The notes beneath the pieces were generated by a model. The model was given only the letters and a program-made list of their open reading frames with translations, had not been told where the DNA came from and searched no databases. Source: Chiloscyllium plagiosum (taxonomy: Eukaryota). Taken from it: a stretch of DNA of 52,293 nucleotides. Below, piece by piece: positions 36,762-48,772 of the stretch. Positions within the stretch are counted from its first letter, which is position 1; every line of letters begins with the position of its first letter. The stretch spans positions 21,102,979 through 21,155,271 of the forward strand of contig NC_057719.1 of the NCBI RefSeq assembly GCF_004010195.1, given 5' to 3'. The position numbers and the translations under genes are program-made.

Positions 36762-37398
36762 TGTCACAATGCTGGTCGGTTTACAAGGTTACTAAGTCCT
36801 TGAATTTTTTTCCAGAGAGGGGGTAATTGGCCAGGCTCCAACTAGGCTGGGTTTGAAAAATTTGTTCAGACCCTTTTTGTTTACCCCTAACAGATAATGC
36901 CTCCAGCCTAAGGCTTTCGTGTCTTTAAAAAAAGTATAATCAAAGGGGAGTGGCCAGCAAGCTGTGCAACTAGCCTTCATTTAGATTAGAGTTTTTGATT
37001 CAGTTCAGTAGCAGTATGTGTGAAGAAAGGTTGCTTGTTTTCTCCCTCGTTCTGCCCTTCTGAATTCTTAACCTGAAAGCCTGGTTTGTTTCATTTTTAC
37101 TGTTTGTGCTAAGGGATCTGCTTATGGGGATTGTTGCAAGTATTTTCAGAACAGCATCATTAAGATGGGATAGACTGTTGGGTGTTTGGATAGGATCATT
37201 CACCCGGTATTCTATTTTCTGTTCTTTGAGTTTCACTCCGTAATTTTGTAAACAAATGTTTTTTTAAAAACTTGGCAGTCGGACCAGCTAATTCACTTTG
37301 GGAATATCCACTGCACACCAGCCTAAAACAAATAGCAAAGTTACGGTCTGGGCTACATGCTTAAAAATGTTTTGAGGGGTCGGGCCTGGGCCATAACA
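36762..37398 (+). repeat. Gmr1-like LTR preceded by a PPT and followed by a PBS
   Basis: PPT aggagagg ending 36761; tgtcacaa...ccataaca; PBS tgggggctatttgcgggat at 37402-37420. Confidence 0.85.
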
Positions 37399-37545
37399 GA
37401 TTGGGGGCTATTTGCGGGATTTGTTTGTAGTTCCAAATTGGGATTTGGGATTTGAATTGTCTGGAATCGGAGACAGCAAGTAGTAGGTGTTGGCGTCTTT
37501 CTTCCAGATGTTTATTTGGTTGGTTTAAACAGAGATGGGATAGCC

Positions 37546-38352
37546 ATGGCTCTTTCAGTTACCAAATGTTTTCTGGGGGTGGAGGAAGTGACTTTGGGGG
37601 TTTTACAAAAGGTGATTAAGGCCAAGCTGTGGGAATTAACAAACAAGCTGGAGTTGGAGCTACCTGCTCACGTGAGGAAAGATGAGATGATTACAGCAAT
37701 AGCTCGGCATTTAAATTTACTGGAAACAACATCAGGATCTGTCAAGATGGCAAAAATTCAATAGCAAATGAAGCAGCTTGAGTTCTAGGCGAGAGATGAG
37801 GAAAGGGCAGCAGAAATGAAACAGTCTGAATTACGATTAAAAGCAGAAGAGAAAGAAAAAGAGAGAGAGTTTGAACTTCAGAAAATGACACTTAGAAAGG
37901 AAAGTCAGCTTAAAAGGATGGAAATGATGGCTGAAGGTGGGCTTAGTGAGGAAGTAATGCAAACTCATGTGGAAGAGCAGAGGGTTAAAATGGCAAGGTT
38001 AGTAGCTGAAGTGGCTGATGATTATGAGTTGGTTCATAAGACATGGTTTGGCTTTCAGAATCAATTTCAGTACATGAGGGATAGAAATTGGGGCAAAGAA
38101 AAATCCTCACATGGAAAGGGAAAGGTAGATCTCAGTTAAGATCAAAAGGATAACTTACCACAGGTTAAAAAGGAATCCCTTGAAGGGGACAAAGATGGTA
38201 AAAAGCTCCGATGTTTTCATTGTAATAAAATAGGCCTCATAAAATCACAGTGTTGGTGGGCTAGGAAAAAGCCAGATGTTGGAAAACAGGACAAGTCTGG
38301 GAGTTTTGCTGGAATGGTGTAGAAAGCACAGTGGAAGCTACAAAGCTGCATC
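37546..38352 (+). pseudogene. gag: Second Gmr1-like gag, decayed and 3'-truncated
   Basis: MALSVTKCFLGV...; EEQRVKMARLVAEVADDY; CFHCNKIGLIKSQC at ~38212; paralogous to 34200-35177. Confidence 0.88.
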
Positions 38353-38501
38353 TGTTTGTTTAAAACTTGGCAGTCAGATCAGCTCTGGGAATTCACTCTG
38401 GAAATATCCACTGTACACTTACCTAAAACAAAGAGCAAAGATACGGCCTGGACTACCTGCTTAAAAATGTTTTGAGGGGGCTGGACCTGGTCCATAAAAC
38501 A
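38353..38501 (+). repeat. 3' portion of a further LTR
   Basis: Matches 37257-37398 (aaaacttggcagtc...cttaaaaatgttttgagggg...ccataa(aa)ca). Confidence 0.8.
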
Positions 38502-38633
38502 GTGCAAACCAGAATACTGTCCAGATCTTGTGGTATTTGAACATGGACTTCTTCAGTATCTGAGGAGTCATGAATGGTGCTGAACATTATGCAATCATCA
38601 GTGAACATTCCCACCTCTGACCTTGTGTTGGAG
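38502..38633 (-). mobile_element. CR1/L2-group LINE RT fragment
   Basis: RSEVGMFTDDCIMFSTIHDSSDTEEVHVQIPQDLDSI (FADD-type motif). Confidence 0.75.
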
Positions 38634-40254
38634 TGGAATATAGAGAAAGATGGAGGAATCATGGAAAAAGTTTGGATCAGAAGGCTCGAGGAGGGAGGAA
38701 CACAGGGAGAATAAGACAGAAGCAGAATTAAGCTTCGTAACAATGACATTTATGAGCTGCTTGGGAAGAGAGGTGGATGTGTCAAGGGAAAGCGTTATGT
38801 GAAGATGAATTACAATGAAAAATATAATTCTGATTTATCTTTGCATTCCAAGCATGATCATGGAACAATTAGCAATATCTCTCTTTCAACTCCAAATTAA
38901 GACACATCATGCAATGAGTTTGAAATTATATGTCTTCTAATTAAGGCATAAAATTGTTAATTACAATCATGGATTTGATATTTGAGATGAGTTATTCTAC
39001 AGATGTTTCCATTTATGTGAAAATTTCAATTCAATAAAAAATTTGTGATAAGTGAATAAACAAGTTCTTTGAGTTTTATTTCCCAAAGTCAATCATTGTT
39101 AAATAATAAAAGAATGGTTCAACATTTTTCCCATGGGAGTTGAAAGTGGAGGGTGTGTGGGTTTGTTAATGTGGAACATCCAGCAATCAGAAACCTGGCT
39201 CTATTTTAATTGGTATTTCTCCCATACCCATTTGTTGCACTTCAGTATAAATTCCTCTTCGAATGTTGTTTGGTCCAGGTATTTTTATGTGGAAATATGT
39301 TGGCCGGTTTTTAACCTGGGATTTGCTTTGTACTGTCTTTCAGCTGGAAGGTTCAAAGATATCAGCAAGACAGACAAACGCTTGTGAATTGATGATGAAA
39401 GCATTATACTTCTCAGTTATTGTACACTACATGGGTGGAAGAATGTACAGCAGAATTAACAGGACCTTGCATTGATACAATAGGATTCAATCTGGAGGAG
39501 TTGTTTACAGGGATAAAAAGGTCTATGAGACAGAAATTGTAATTTTTGTATTATTTTTGCATTTTGCAACCTGAAACCTTAAGAAACATTTTGGAAATAG
39601 ATATTTTCTTGATGGAGCAACAAAGGAAAAACAACCTGTTTGTAACTTGAAATAAATGAAAATAGATGTGGTAGTGTTGTAGCCTTAATTGTGGTTTGAG
39701 ATGGATGACTCATATAGTAAAGATCACCAGTGTTCAATTTAGGAAGATTTTAGCTCTACAACCAACAAAAGGCAGCTATTAAACAAAGTGATAGAATATA
39801 TAGTTATTTTTATGTCTTACTTACAAATATGTAATATGTATATTGATTTTACATTTTTATATTCCCATTCTACTATGGCTCCCTTAGAATTAGTTGTTCT
39901 CTGCTCGTGTACACTACACAAAAGTCAATATTCTATAATGCTGACAATTTATCAAATAGCCCTTTCTCTATCACACAAGGTCAATACTTGTGTAATTATT
40001 GAGAACTAATTTGTGTTCTACTACTGAACTGCTCTTAGCTGTCTATATTGTTGCACTGATAGAGCTAGAGTTCTTCAGACTATGTTATAACTTAATCCAG
40101 TGTAAATGTGACAATAATGGTGTTAGAATGGCTACACAATAGTGATCACCACAAAGAAGGCAATATTCAGGTCGCCATCTACCTGGTACAGGCCTCCATT
40201 TGGCTGCCTGGAATGACTGTGTATAAGGAATACAATGAAGGCCTGAGTAAGCAT

Positions 40255-40476
40255 CTTGGCAAGCCACCAGTATTGGGGATTTTTCTGGTGGAGGTGTTGT
40301 CTATCCTTATTGATTGCAATCTGCAGGTCAGGAAGTCAAAAATTCATTTGCAGGGAGTAGCAGTGTCCTACGACTCGAGTTTGGAGATGAGTGTGGCTGG
40401 GATTATGCTGTTGAGGGTGGAGCTAAAGTCTATAAATAGGAGTCGGACGTAGGTACCCTTGTTATCCAGATGTTTT
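40255..40476 (-). mobile_element. Rex1/Babar-clade non-LTR RT remnant
   Basis: [33 protein letters not shown], followed by IFDFLT. Confidence 0.8.
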
Positions 40477-40617
40477 GAGGATGAAAGTAGGGCCAAAGAA
40501 ATGGCGTCTGCATGGCACTCTGATTTGCTTATTTTTTAAAAAAAGTCTACCATCTTTATGGGATCTTCCTACATGTAAACTGGTCAGTTCCTACTGGTCA
40601 GTTCTTACACGTAGCCA

Positions 40618-40839
40618 GGGCAAAAGTGAGGACTGTAGATGCTGGAAACCCAGAGTTTAGATTAGAGTGGTGCTGGAAAAGCACAGCAGGTCAGGCAGCA
40701 TCCCAGGAGCAGGAAAATCGACGTTTCGGGCAAAAGCCCTTCATCAGGAATAGTCTGTTCCTGATGAAGGGCTTTTGCCCGAAACATTGATTTTCCTGCT
40801 CCGCGGATGCTGCTTGACCTGCTGTGCTTTTCCAGCACC
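40618..40839. mobile_element. Family A inverted pair
   Basis: Arms ~40669-40750 and 40758-40839 around tagtctg; cttacac on both flanks. Confidence 0.9.
40718..40749 (-). ncRNA. Minimal type I hammerhead ribozyme motif, core intact
   Basis: RNA UC-CUGAUGA-A-GGGC-UUUU-GCCC-GAAAC-GUC-GA with a canonical GUC triplet. Activity untested. Confidence 0.75.
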
Positions 40840-41525
40840 CCTTACACATACACAGCCTGCCTTTGGTGTAATATTTTGTATGAGAATTGCTTTGAGAAGT
40901 ATCTGAGAGAGCTGATGAATTAGACTTTTTTTATGTTGGCATTGAGAACACTTTGTAAAGTGGACCTTTCTTCCAATTTCCAAAACACATTTAAGCAAGC
41001 AAAATATCTCATTTCGACAGTGTCAGCTCCCAATAGAATACTGGGCAGAATGTCAGACTGAAAGAAGTGAATCATGACATGTCTCAGAGACAATTTATGT
41101 GAAAACTTCAGACTGAATTGAGTTGTTTTTCATTTTATTTCTGGATCCATTTCATCCTTTTAAGGTTTCTTTATTTGCAGGCTCTGCCTTTTGCCGAACC
41201 TTGCATGGGATTTCATCTAGCATGACGGGACACAAATCATTTCATAACTGATTCAAATACATGTCTCGATTAGTTGAAGCTTACAATAATTTTGACTCAA
41301 TGCAATTTATTTCTTGTAGAATCGTTACAGGATATAAGATAAAATGACCATCATCAATTTGGTCATAGTTATTGGATCAGAAAGGTAATGGTCATAATTA
41401 GACCAAACTACCAAGGCTTATAGGCTCAAACTCAACAAATACAAACCTGACCATTTGCATTAATTACTCCTCAAAATTTGGAATTCAATCCTGCATAATT
41501 TTTATTGATACAGAAAGGTGCCAAT

Positions 41526-41709
41526 GTGAGGTTTACAAAGTTATGAGGGGCATGGACAGGGTAAATAGGCAAAGTCTTTTCCCTGGGGTCAGAGAGTCCA
41601 GAACTAGAGGGCATAGGTTTAGGGTGAGAGAGGAAAGATATAAAAGAGACCTAAGGGGCACCTTTTTCACACAGAGGGTGGTACGGGCTCTACGACTCTA
41701 TGATTCTAT
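41526..41709 (+). mobile_element. CR1/HER1 3' fragment with internal deletion
   Basis: MRGMDRVNRQSLFPGVRESRTRGHRFRVR joined directly to the ctctatgattctat tail. Confidence 0.85.
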
Positions 41710-41904
41710 AACATATCAAACACATCTAATCCAAGCTACATGCTACAAAAGGTGATAGTTTTGTCAGGACCTGCAGACAGTCAAAGTGAAGAGTCAAAGA
41801 CAGTCAAAGTGCAAAGGCCAAACCCATGAGGAGAAAATTCATTGCGGACCACCCATCAACAGTAGCTGTCAGTATTTCACAACTACTGCTATATGAATCA
41901 GAAA

Positions 41905-42905
41905 CACAGAATCATAGATTTGTTACAGCATAGAAGGAGGCCAATCAGCCTCCTTGTGAAGGGCTTATGCCCAAAATGTTGACTCTCCTGCTCTTCGGAT
42001 GCTGCCTGACTAGCCATGCGTTTCTAGCACCACATTCTTCGATGCCAATCAGCCCATCATGACTGCACTGGCTCTTCAAACCATCATAATTTCTTAATAC
42101 CAATTTTCAGCCCTGTATCTTCACTAATCGTCACTAAATAATCACCCAATGCACTCATGACTGCTTCAACTGAACCTGCATCCATCAAATTTCCAGGCAG
42201 TGCATTAGTTATTCCTTGTGTGAATAAGTTTTTTCTTCACATTATCTTTGCTTCTTTTGCACATCGTTTGACGTCTATGCCATCTCATTCTTGTTCATTT
42301 AATAAGCAGGAAAAGTTACTCCCTATTTGCTCTATCCAGCCCACTGAACCTCTATCAAATCACCTGAGACTGTTCAAGGAGAACAGTCCCAATTTCTTTA
42401 ATCTGTCCTCATAACTGAAGTTTCTCATTCCTGGAACTATTCTTGTCAGTTATTTCTGCATTCTCTCTAATACATTCACGTCTTCCAAATAATGTGCACT
42501 TATAAGTGTGCGCAATAATCCAGTTGAGGTTGAACGAATGCCTTGTAAATGTTCAACATCATCTCCTTGCCCTATTAATAAAATTGAGGACACTGTATGC
42601 TTTATTAACTGCTGTCTCCACTTATCCTACCACATTCAACGATCTGGGCACACATACCCTAAGATTCTCCCCTCTGCAAGCACTTTAGGATTGTACCCCA
42701 AATTATATTGTCTCGCAACATCCTTCCTATCAAAGTGAACATCTCACACTTCTCTGCTTTCAACCTCACCTGCCATTTACTCACCCATTCCACCATCTTG
42801 TTAATATCCTTTCAGAATTCTACACTCTCTTGCACACAGTTTACAATTCTTTGAAATTTTTTGTCATCTGCAAACTTTGAAATCGTCCCCTGCACACTGA
42901 GATTG
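41905..42905 (-). mobile_element. Old CR1 LINE 3' region
   Basis: CR1-type tail at left; minus-strand SKFADDKK motif near 42860-42880. Confidence 0.7.
41951..42043 (+). mobile_element. Family A element lacking the 3' tail, 11-bp TSD
   Basis: gccaatcagcc at 41940-41950 and 42044-42054; decayed core cttgtgaagggcttatgcccaaaatgttga. Confidence 0.8.
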
Positions 42906-43007
42906 AGATTACAAAAGACCTCACCATTTCAGAGGTGTGCAATAACATCCCTAGACAGATTGATTAGAAAATATGTAAAACATTTCAAGGACCCTAATAT
43001 ATTCATG

Positions 43008-43116
43008 GTCTCCGTGGTGCAGTGGTAGTATCTCTACCTCTGAGCTAGAAGATCTGAGGTTAAGTGCCACTGGCACCAGAAAAGTGTCATACCATGCCTA
43101 GAACAGTTGATTAAAA
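43008..43116 (+). mobile_element. Short tRNA-derived SINE
   Basis: gtggtgcagtggtagta (A box-like) and ggttaagtgcc (B box-like); 3' part similar to 42930-42972. Confidence 0.5.
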
Positions 43117-43159
43117 GAACACAATCTGCAAAGTTCTAGTTATAGTTTGCAAGCAAAGT

Positions 43160-43800
43160 GAGCAGATGTGGGTAATTGTAAGGTTATCCATTTCGCTTGG
43201 AGGACTAGAAAGAAAATGTATTATCTAAATGGTGAAAAATGTTAGTGTGCTCAATCACAGAAGGATCTTGGTGTCCCTGTGCATGACTTGTAGACAACTG
43301 GTATGCAGGTCCAGGTGGTAATATTGTAGGCAAATGGAATTATGGCAATAGAGTATAAAGGTAGAGAAGTGTTGTTTCAATTGATCAAGTTTCTGTATCT
43401 CTGGAGTATTACGTACAACTTTGGTTTCCTTACTTGAAGAGGCAGTTCCGAGGAGATTTCATAACTTCAGAAGAATATGGTAGTAAAATTAGGCCATTCG
43501 TTCCATCAAATCTGCTCTTCCATTCTATCTTGGCTGATATGTTCCTCACCCCACCTTCCTGCCTTCTCCCCATAAGCCTTCAACCCACTACCAATTAAAA
43601 GTCTGTTTTAGTCCTCCTTAAATTTACTCACTGTCACAGCAATGACCATACTTTGGGGTAGCGAATTCCACAGATTCATGACCCTTTGGAAGAAATAGGT
43701 TCTCCTCAACTCTGTTTTAAACTTGCTATCCCTTATCCAAAGACTATGAACTCTCATCATAGAATGAGCAAGCGTCCACTCCACATCTATTTTATCAACA
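43160..43800. mobile_element. Two old CR1 fragments (+ at ~43160-43465, - at ~43470-43800)
   Basis: Degenerate CKVIHF..., KDLGVPVH on +; the minus part is homologous to 2872-3160. Confidence 0.6.
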
Positions 43801-44621
43801 CTTAGTCATAGAGTCATAGACATGTACAGCACAGAAACAGCATACATTCCTATACTGCCCCCCAGGGAAACTCCACCACAAACCTTTCTCCAGCCTAAAA
43901 TCTATCCTTTGATTATGATTCCAAACTCACTTTTTACCATGTGCTACTAATTCTATTCCAAACAATTGTTTCCAGAAGCTTCCCCACAACCAAAGTTACA
44001 CTGACTGGTTCGTAATTACTGGAATAATCCTTACCACCTTTCTTTAACAAGGCCAGAACATTTGCAATTCTCCTGTCTTCTGGCGCCTCACAAGAATCTA
44101 GGGAAGACCGTAAGATTATGGCCAATGATCCTGTGATTTCTACCCTCACTTCATTCTAAATCCTTGGACGGGATCTAGTCCTTCATCAATTTTAGTCTGT
44201 AAAATACTTCGTTGTTATTTATTTGGAATCCTCCTCGTGTTAAAGTTTCCTCCTTTGACACCATGGCCTAGGCAACATCCTCCACTTTTGTAAAGTAAGA
44301 AGTAAAGTCTGCATTTAACACCTCACCCATGTCCCATGCCTCCATGTGTTACTTGCCTTTTCAGCCACTTATTAGTCCCACTAATCCATTAATCTTCTTT
44401 TACTATTTACGTGCGACAAAACACTTGTGATTCCCCTTTATGTTAGCTGCTAGTCTTCTCTCATAATTTCTCTTTCTTTCTTTTAGTTGCTGCCCTTTCA
44501 ATCTCCAGTGTCCTTCTTGACTCTCAACTGCATTTTTAGCCTCACACCCAACATAACCACACTCTTCAATTTCTACCTCCTTTGTCACACAGGGAACTCT
44601 GGCTGTGTTTGTTCTAATATG

Positions 44622-44665
44622 AGGAGAAAGTGAGGTCTGCAGATGCTGGAGATCAGAGCTGGAAT
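44622..44665 (-). mobile_element. Family A 3'-tail-only insertion inside a 70-bp direct duplication
   Basis: aggagaaagtgaggtctgcagatgctggagatcagagctg; 44552-44621 is identical to 44666-44735. Confidence 0.9.
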
Positions 44666-44998
44666 CATAACCACACTCTTCAATTTCTACCTCCTTTGTC
44701 ACACAGGGAACTCTGGCTGTGTTTGTTCTAATATGCCCATTTGAGAAATTCTACCTCGATTGTACCATTACCATCTTCTCTTTGAAGATAGCCCATTGTT
44801 CAGTGACTGTTTTTCCCACCAAACTCTTGTTCCACTCAATCCTGCCCAGTTCTGTTCTTAACTCACTGGAGTCAGATCTCTGTTATTTGATTTTTCTGAC
44901 TCTGGACTGTTGCATGTCATTCTCCACCACTATTCTGAATCTTATGATACAATGAACATGATCTTCTATCTGTTCTTCCATTGTTTTTTGATCCAACC

Positions 44999-45084
44999 TT
45001 GACAGCATGAGAAGTCATTCAGATGAGCAAGACTGGCATGTTTATCAGGTTGTCTGACTGAGTAGGGACCGTGACATGAACTCT
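44999..45084. repeat. 86-bp perfect inverted copy of 46406-46491
   Basis: Base-by-base reverse complement; no mismatch seen. Confidence 0.95.
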
Positions 45085-45829
45085 TATTTTTAAGTGTCAA
45101 GTCCGGCAATGCATCCATCTTTTCTTCTAAGACTGGACACATACTGATGAGGAAATTCTCCTGAACTCACTCTAAGAACATTTGCTCCTCATACCTCTTT
45201 ACAGTACCACTGTCACAGTCAATATTTGGATAATTGAGATCCCCTATTATAACTATATTATAATGTTGGCATTTCTCTATAATTTTCATGCCATTTGTTC
45301 CTCTATGCCTTTTCCATTGATTGGTGGACTATCCATCAGTTGATGGTCTATCTTGAATTTACTCCTTTTTGGGACATGAAAGCGTAACTTAGATGATTCC
45401 CAATGTCTAAAGCAGCCTATTGAGACATGTTTAAATTTGAAATAAAACAGAACCCTGTATGTAGAAACATTAGAAACAGGTAAAGACATTTCAAACACCT
45501 GAGTGTGCTCTGCTATTCAATTAGGTCATGTCTGAACGGCAGCCAAACTGAATTTACCTTTGTGTGCTGACTTTTGATATCCTTACCTAAAACAAATCCA
45601 TCTCAGTCTTTAAAGCTCCATTGAATCAATTTCTCCAGTAGTCTGAGGAAGAGAGCTTTAGATTCCCACTATCCTTTGTGTGAGAAACAGCACACAGTAA
45701 ACGGAAGTTAACATTATATTTTGATTATCTGTCAAGTTAAGATTGCAATACAGATCATGAGACCTGAAACTTCCTACAATGAAGACTAGTTGAATTCTTT
45801 CAGAAATCAAGAGTATTTGTCAAAAACAT

Positions 45830-46135
45830 CAGAGATAAAGGTCCCAGGGTAGGAAGTCCCAAACTTAAAGGCACAGGTTTAAGGTGAGAGGGGAAAAATA
45901 TAAAAGGGACCGAAGGAGGAACATTTTCATGTACAAGGTGATGTGTGTATGGAATGCCAGAGAAAGAAGTGGAGGGAGGTACAATTGCAACAATTAAAGG
46001 CATTTGGATGGGTACATAAATAGAATAAGTAGAAACTTTTGAAAATGTGACTAGATTAATTTGGATATCTGGTTGGCATGAATGAGTTGGACCGAAGGGT
46101 CTGATTTCATGCTGTACAACTCTCTGAGTCTGTGA
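45830..46135 (+). mobile_element. CR1/HER1 3' end
   Basis: ggcacaggtttaaggtgagagggg...ggaccgaagggtctg...ctctctgagtctgtg tail. Confidence 0.8.
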
Positions 46136-47404
46136 GTGGTTTACAACAAGATAACCTTCAATCCCTGCTGTTAACCTTTTCTGCCTGTAACTATTTTTTT
46201 TCTCTTGTTGCTTGGGAAAGGAATCTCTGTGCCACCTGACAGGTAATACAATGGCAGATTCAGGATGCTACTAATGAAATTGGGAGCACATTTTGTCTCT
46301 GGGTTCCATCCTGATACTTCCATTTCTCTGTCAATCAATTCCAATTTTTTTCAATGTAGATGTCTGGGTTGTACCGTCAACTACTGGAGTTGAGATCATT
46401 TCATCAGAGTTCATGTCACGGTCCCTACTCAGTCAGACAACCTGATAAACATGCCAGTCTTGCTCATCTGAATGACTTCTCATGCTGTCAAACTCTGTGT
46501 CCTTAATTTCAAGTTTATGATGTGTTGGGAGCAGGGAAGGTGAGAGAGATTCACGCAGAAGAAACCCAAGACTACATATGTACCTGTCAGGGGTTTTTGA
46601 AGTCAGCCATCTCAGAAAGTGCATATTACAAATGACAAGACAAGATGTTGCATAACTTAGAGGGGGCCTTGAAGGTAGCAGTGTTTCTGTGCACCTGATA
46701 CCCTTGTTTTTATAGTTGGCAGAGATCACAAACTTTGGAAGTGCTTCTCTGTTTCCTTCATATTGTAGCATCAGTTACATTTCAAGAGTTATTCACAGCT
46801 TGAGCTCATGAAGGACACTATCTAAAGCAAAGTTCTTTCTTTACTTTTTATCACGATATACACATCGGCAGGATGTTTATAATGCTCTTGTGAAGTGCCT
46901 CTAAATATTTATTATATTGAAGATGCTATATAAATGCAAATTGTTGTTGTTATTTCTCATTGACTTAACACATAACTTATCTATTTATTTAGATATATCT
47001 CTACTAATCGATTGCTGTACCTACATAAATACCAATTTTTCAAGTGTTATTATAAACATTTGTAGGAAATCATTATTCTCTGAACTTCCCAATCTTGTTT
47101 TTACCATGCTGCAAATATTCCTCATTACACCTGTGTCCTTCTGAAATTATAACAAAACATTTCTGACAGCAACGTTTTTTTCCCCAGGGGATTAAAACTG
47201 TGAAAATTCTTTATTGCTACCAGGGGCTTTGCTTCCTGCTATAATCTTTTAAAGTTTCAATCTCAAACATATGTCAGTCAAACATCTGTAGATTTATCCA
47301 ATCTTCATACTTTCTGCTTTCAACATTTCTGCCGTTAAGGACAATGCCGTACAATTTAACTTCTCAACAACAATCACCCTCGTATGTATGTCAAATAAGA
47401 AGAA

Positions 47405-47780
47405 AAGAGGGTTCGTACTTATATGATCTCTTTCATGATTTCCGGACATTCTAAAACATTTTGGAGTTAAAGAATTATTGTTTTAATAGAAGTGATACCA
47501 TGTATGAAATGTAATAGCAATCTAATAAAGCCCAGAAAATCTGTTTTTTGATGTTGATTTAACAATAATTCTGATCAGCAGATGAGGAAAAATTACTCTG
47601 CTCTTCAAAACAATGTCAAGAGATATTTTCCACCTACCCTCATGATCTTTGTTATAACGTTTATTTGGAAGATACCACTTACAGTCCAACAATCTCTCAG
47701 TATGGTATTGGATCATCAGAGCAGAATTTTGTGCTTACGTCTTTCTACTGGAACTTGAAACCAAAAAGTCAGAGAATGTG
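47405..47780 (-). mobile_element. Ancient DeuSINE-like (SacSINE1/AmnSINE-type) SINE
   Basis: Degenerate similarity to the Deu-domain consensus as recalled (taacgt...aagat...ctcagta...gattt.tgtgct...gaacttgaa); not aligned computationally. Confidence 0.45.
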
Positions 47781-48604
47781 ATGTTTGGGACAATTTATTA
47801 GAGATTGTGAAGGAGAGAAACAAGGCTTGTTTTACTTCAATGACAGTTTTATATCATTCCTCATTTACGCAAAATTGCAACAAGGTTATACCTAGTGAAT
47901 GTAACATGGAACGATGTTACTGCATGATGCACAGAACTCTTGTCTTTGGGGATGGGGAAGTTTGAGCAATACTATCTGGAATTTGCAATTACTTTCAAAG
48001 TAAGACTATCCATCTCTATTTAACTCATTTCCTAAAAAGCAAAGCTGACTAGATCAAACGTACCAGCTTAATGCCTCAGTGTGTTTTTATTCATATTGCA
48101 ATATTAGTCATTGAGCAAAAAATGCAATGAATTGTCATCAGCGAATTCTTGAAAAAAATTAAATGGGATGCCATCCCAATTAAAGTTCCAAAGGCTTTGT
48201 TTCAAGCAAACCTCAATAATCCTTTCCCTAGCCAATAACAAAGCTCAATTGTTACTGCAATTTAGGTATTGAGTGTGTAGCACTGGTCATCCTCAAAAGA
48301 ACAGCTCCTCAACAAGTCTTGCAAGTGTTCATTATAATTTGTCTATAATTTGAAATGTGAAACCCTCCCAACCTCCTCACCCGCAAAAAAATGATCAAAG
48401 TTGGTGTCTTGATGAAGATCTGAATATAAGGTTGTCTTAAGCGATCTCTGATTGGATTTGTAATTCATTTAATTGGTTCAGTGGGAAATGTCTGATTTGT
48501 TGTACTGGAATGAAAATGCAGAACACACTTTTAAACTGTGCTTGAATTTGCAGACATGAATGCAGAGACCTTCCCTGTAAACTGTACCCATCTGCACAAT
48601 GGAC

Positions 48605-48772
48605 AGAATTACTTCAATACACCACCTTGTTGCCTGGTCAGTATCTCTGTCTCAGGCTTGTGCAGTGTTCCAGCACAGCTCAGCAAAGCTGGAAGAACAG
48701 CACCTCATTTTCTGCTTTGGAATTCTACAGCCTTCTGGACTCAATACTGGGTTCAACAATTTTAGACCTTGA
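48605..48772 (+). pseudogene. C-terminus of a Penelope-like element ORF (GIY-YIG endonuclease), frameshifted
   Basis: YFNTPPCCLVSISVSGL, then after frameshifts KLEEQHLIFCFGILQPSGLNTGFNNFRP* (48686-48772), matching the PLE HF...E..LI..L.T..P.GLN pattern. Confidence 0.8.

Larger units (their letters stand above)
43845..45345 (-). mobile_element. Old CR1 ORF2 (endonuclease / linker / RT start) remnant
   Basis: PEDRRIANVLALLKKGGKDYSSNYEPVSVTLVVGKLLE; RNYERRLAANIKGNHKCF; IIGDLNYPNID near 45220-45250. Confidence 0.8.

Noticed and set aside
44999..46491. 86-bp inverted repeats as transposon TIRs
   Set aside because: CR1 homology runs through the left repeat into the interior; no TSD or transposase seen
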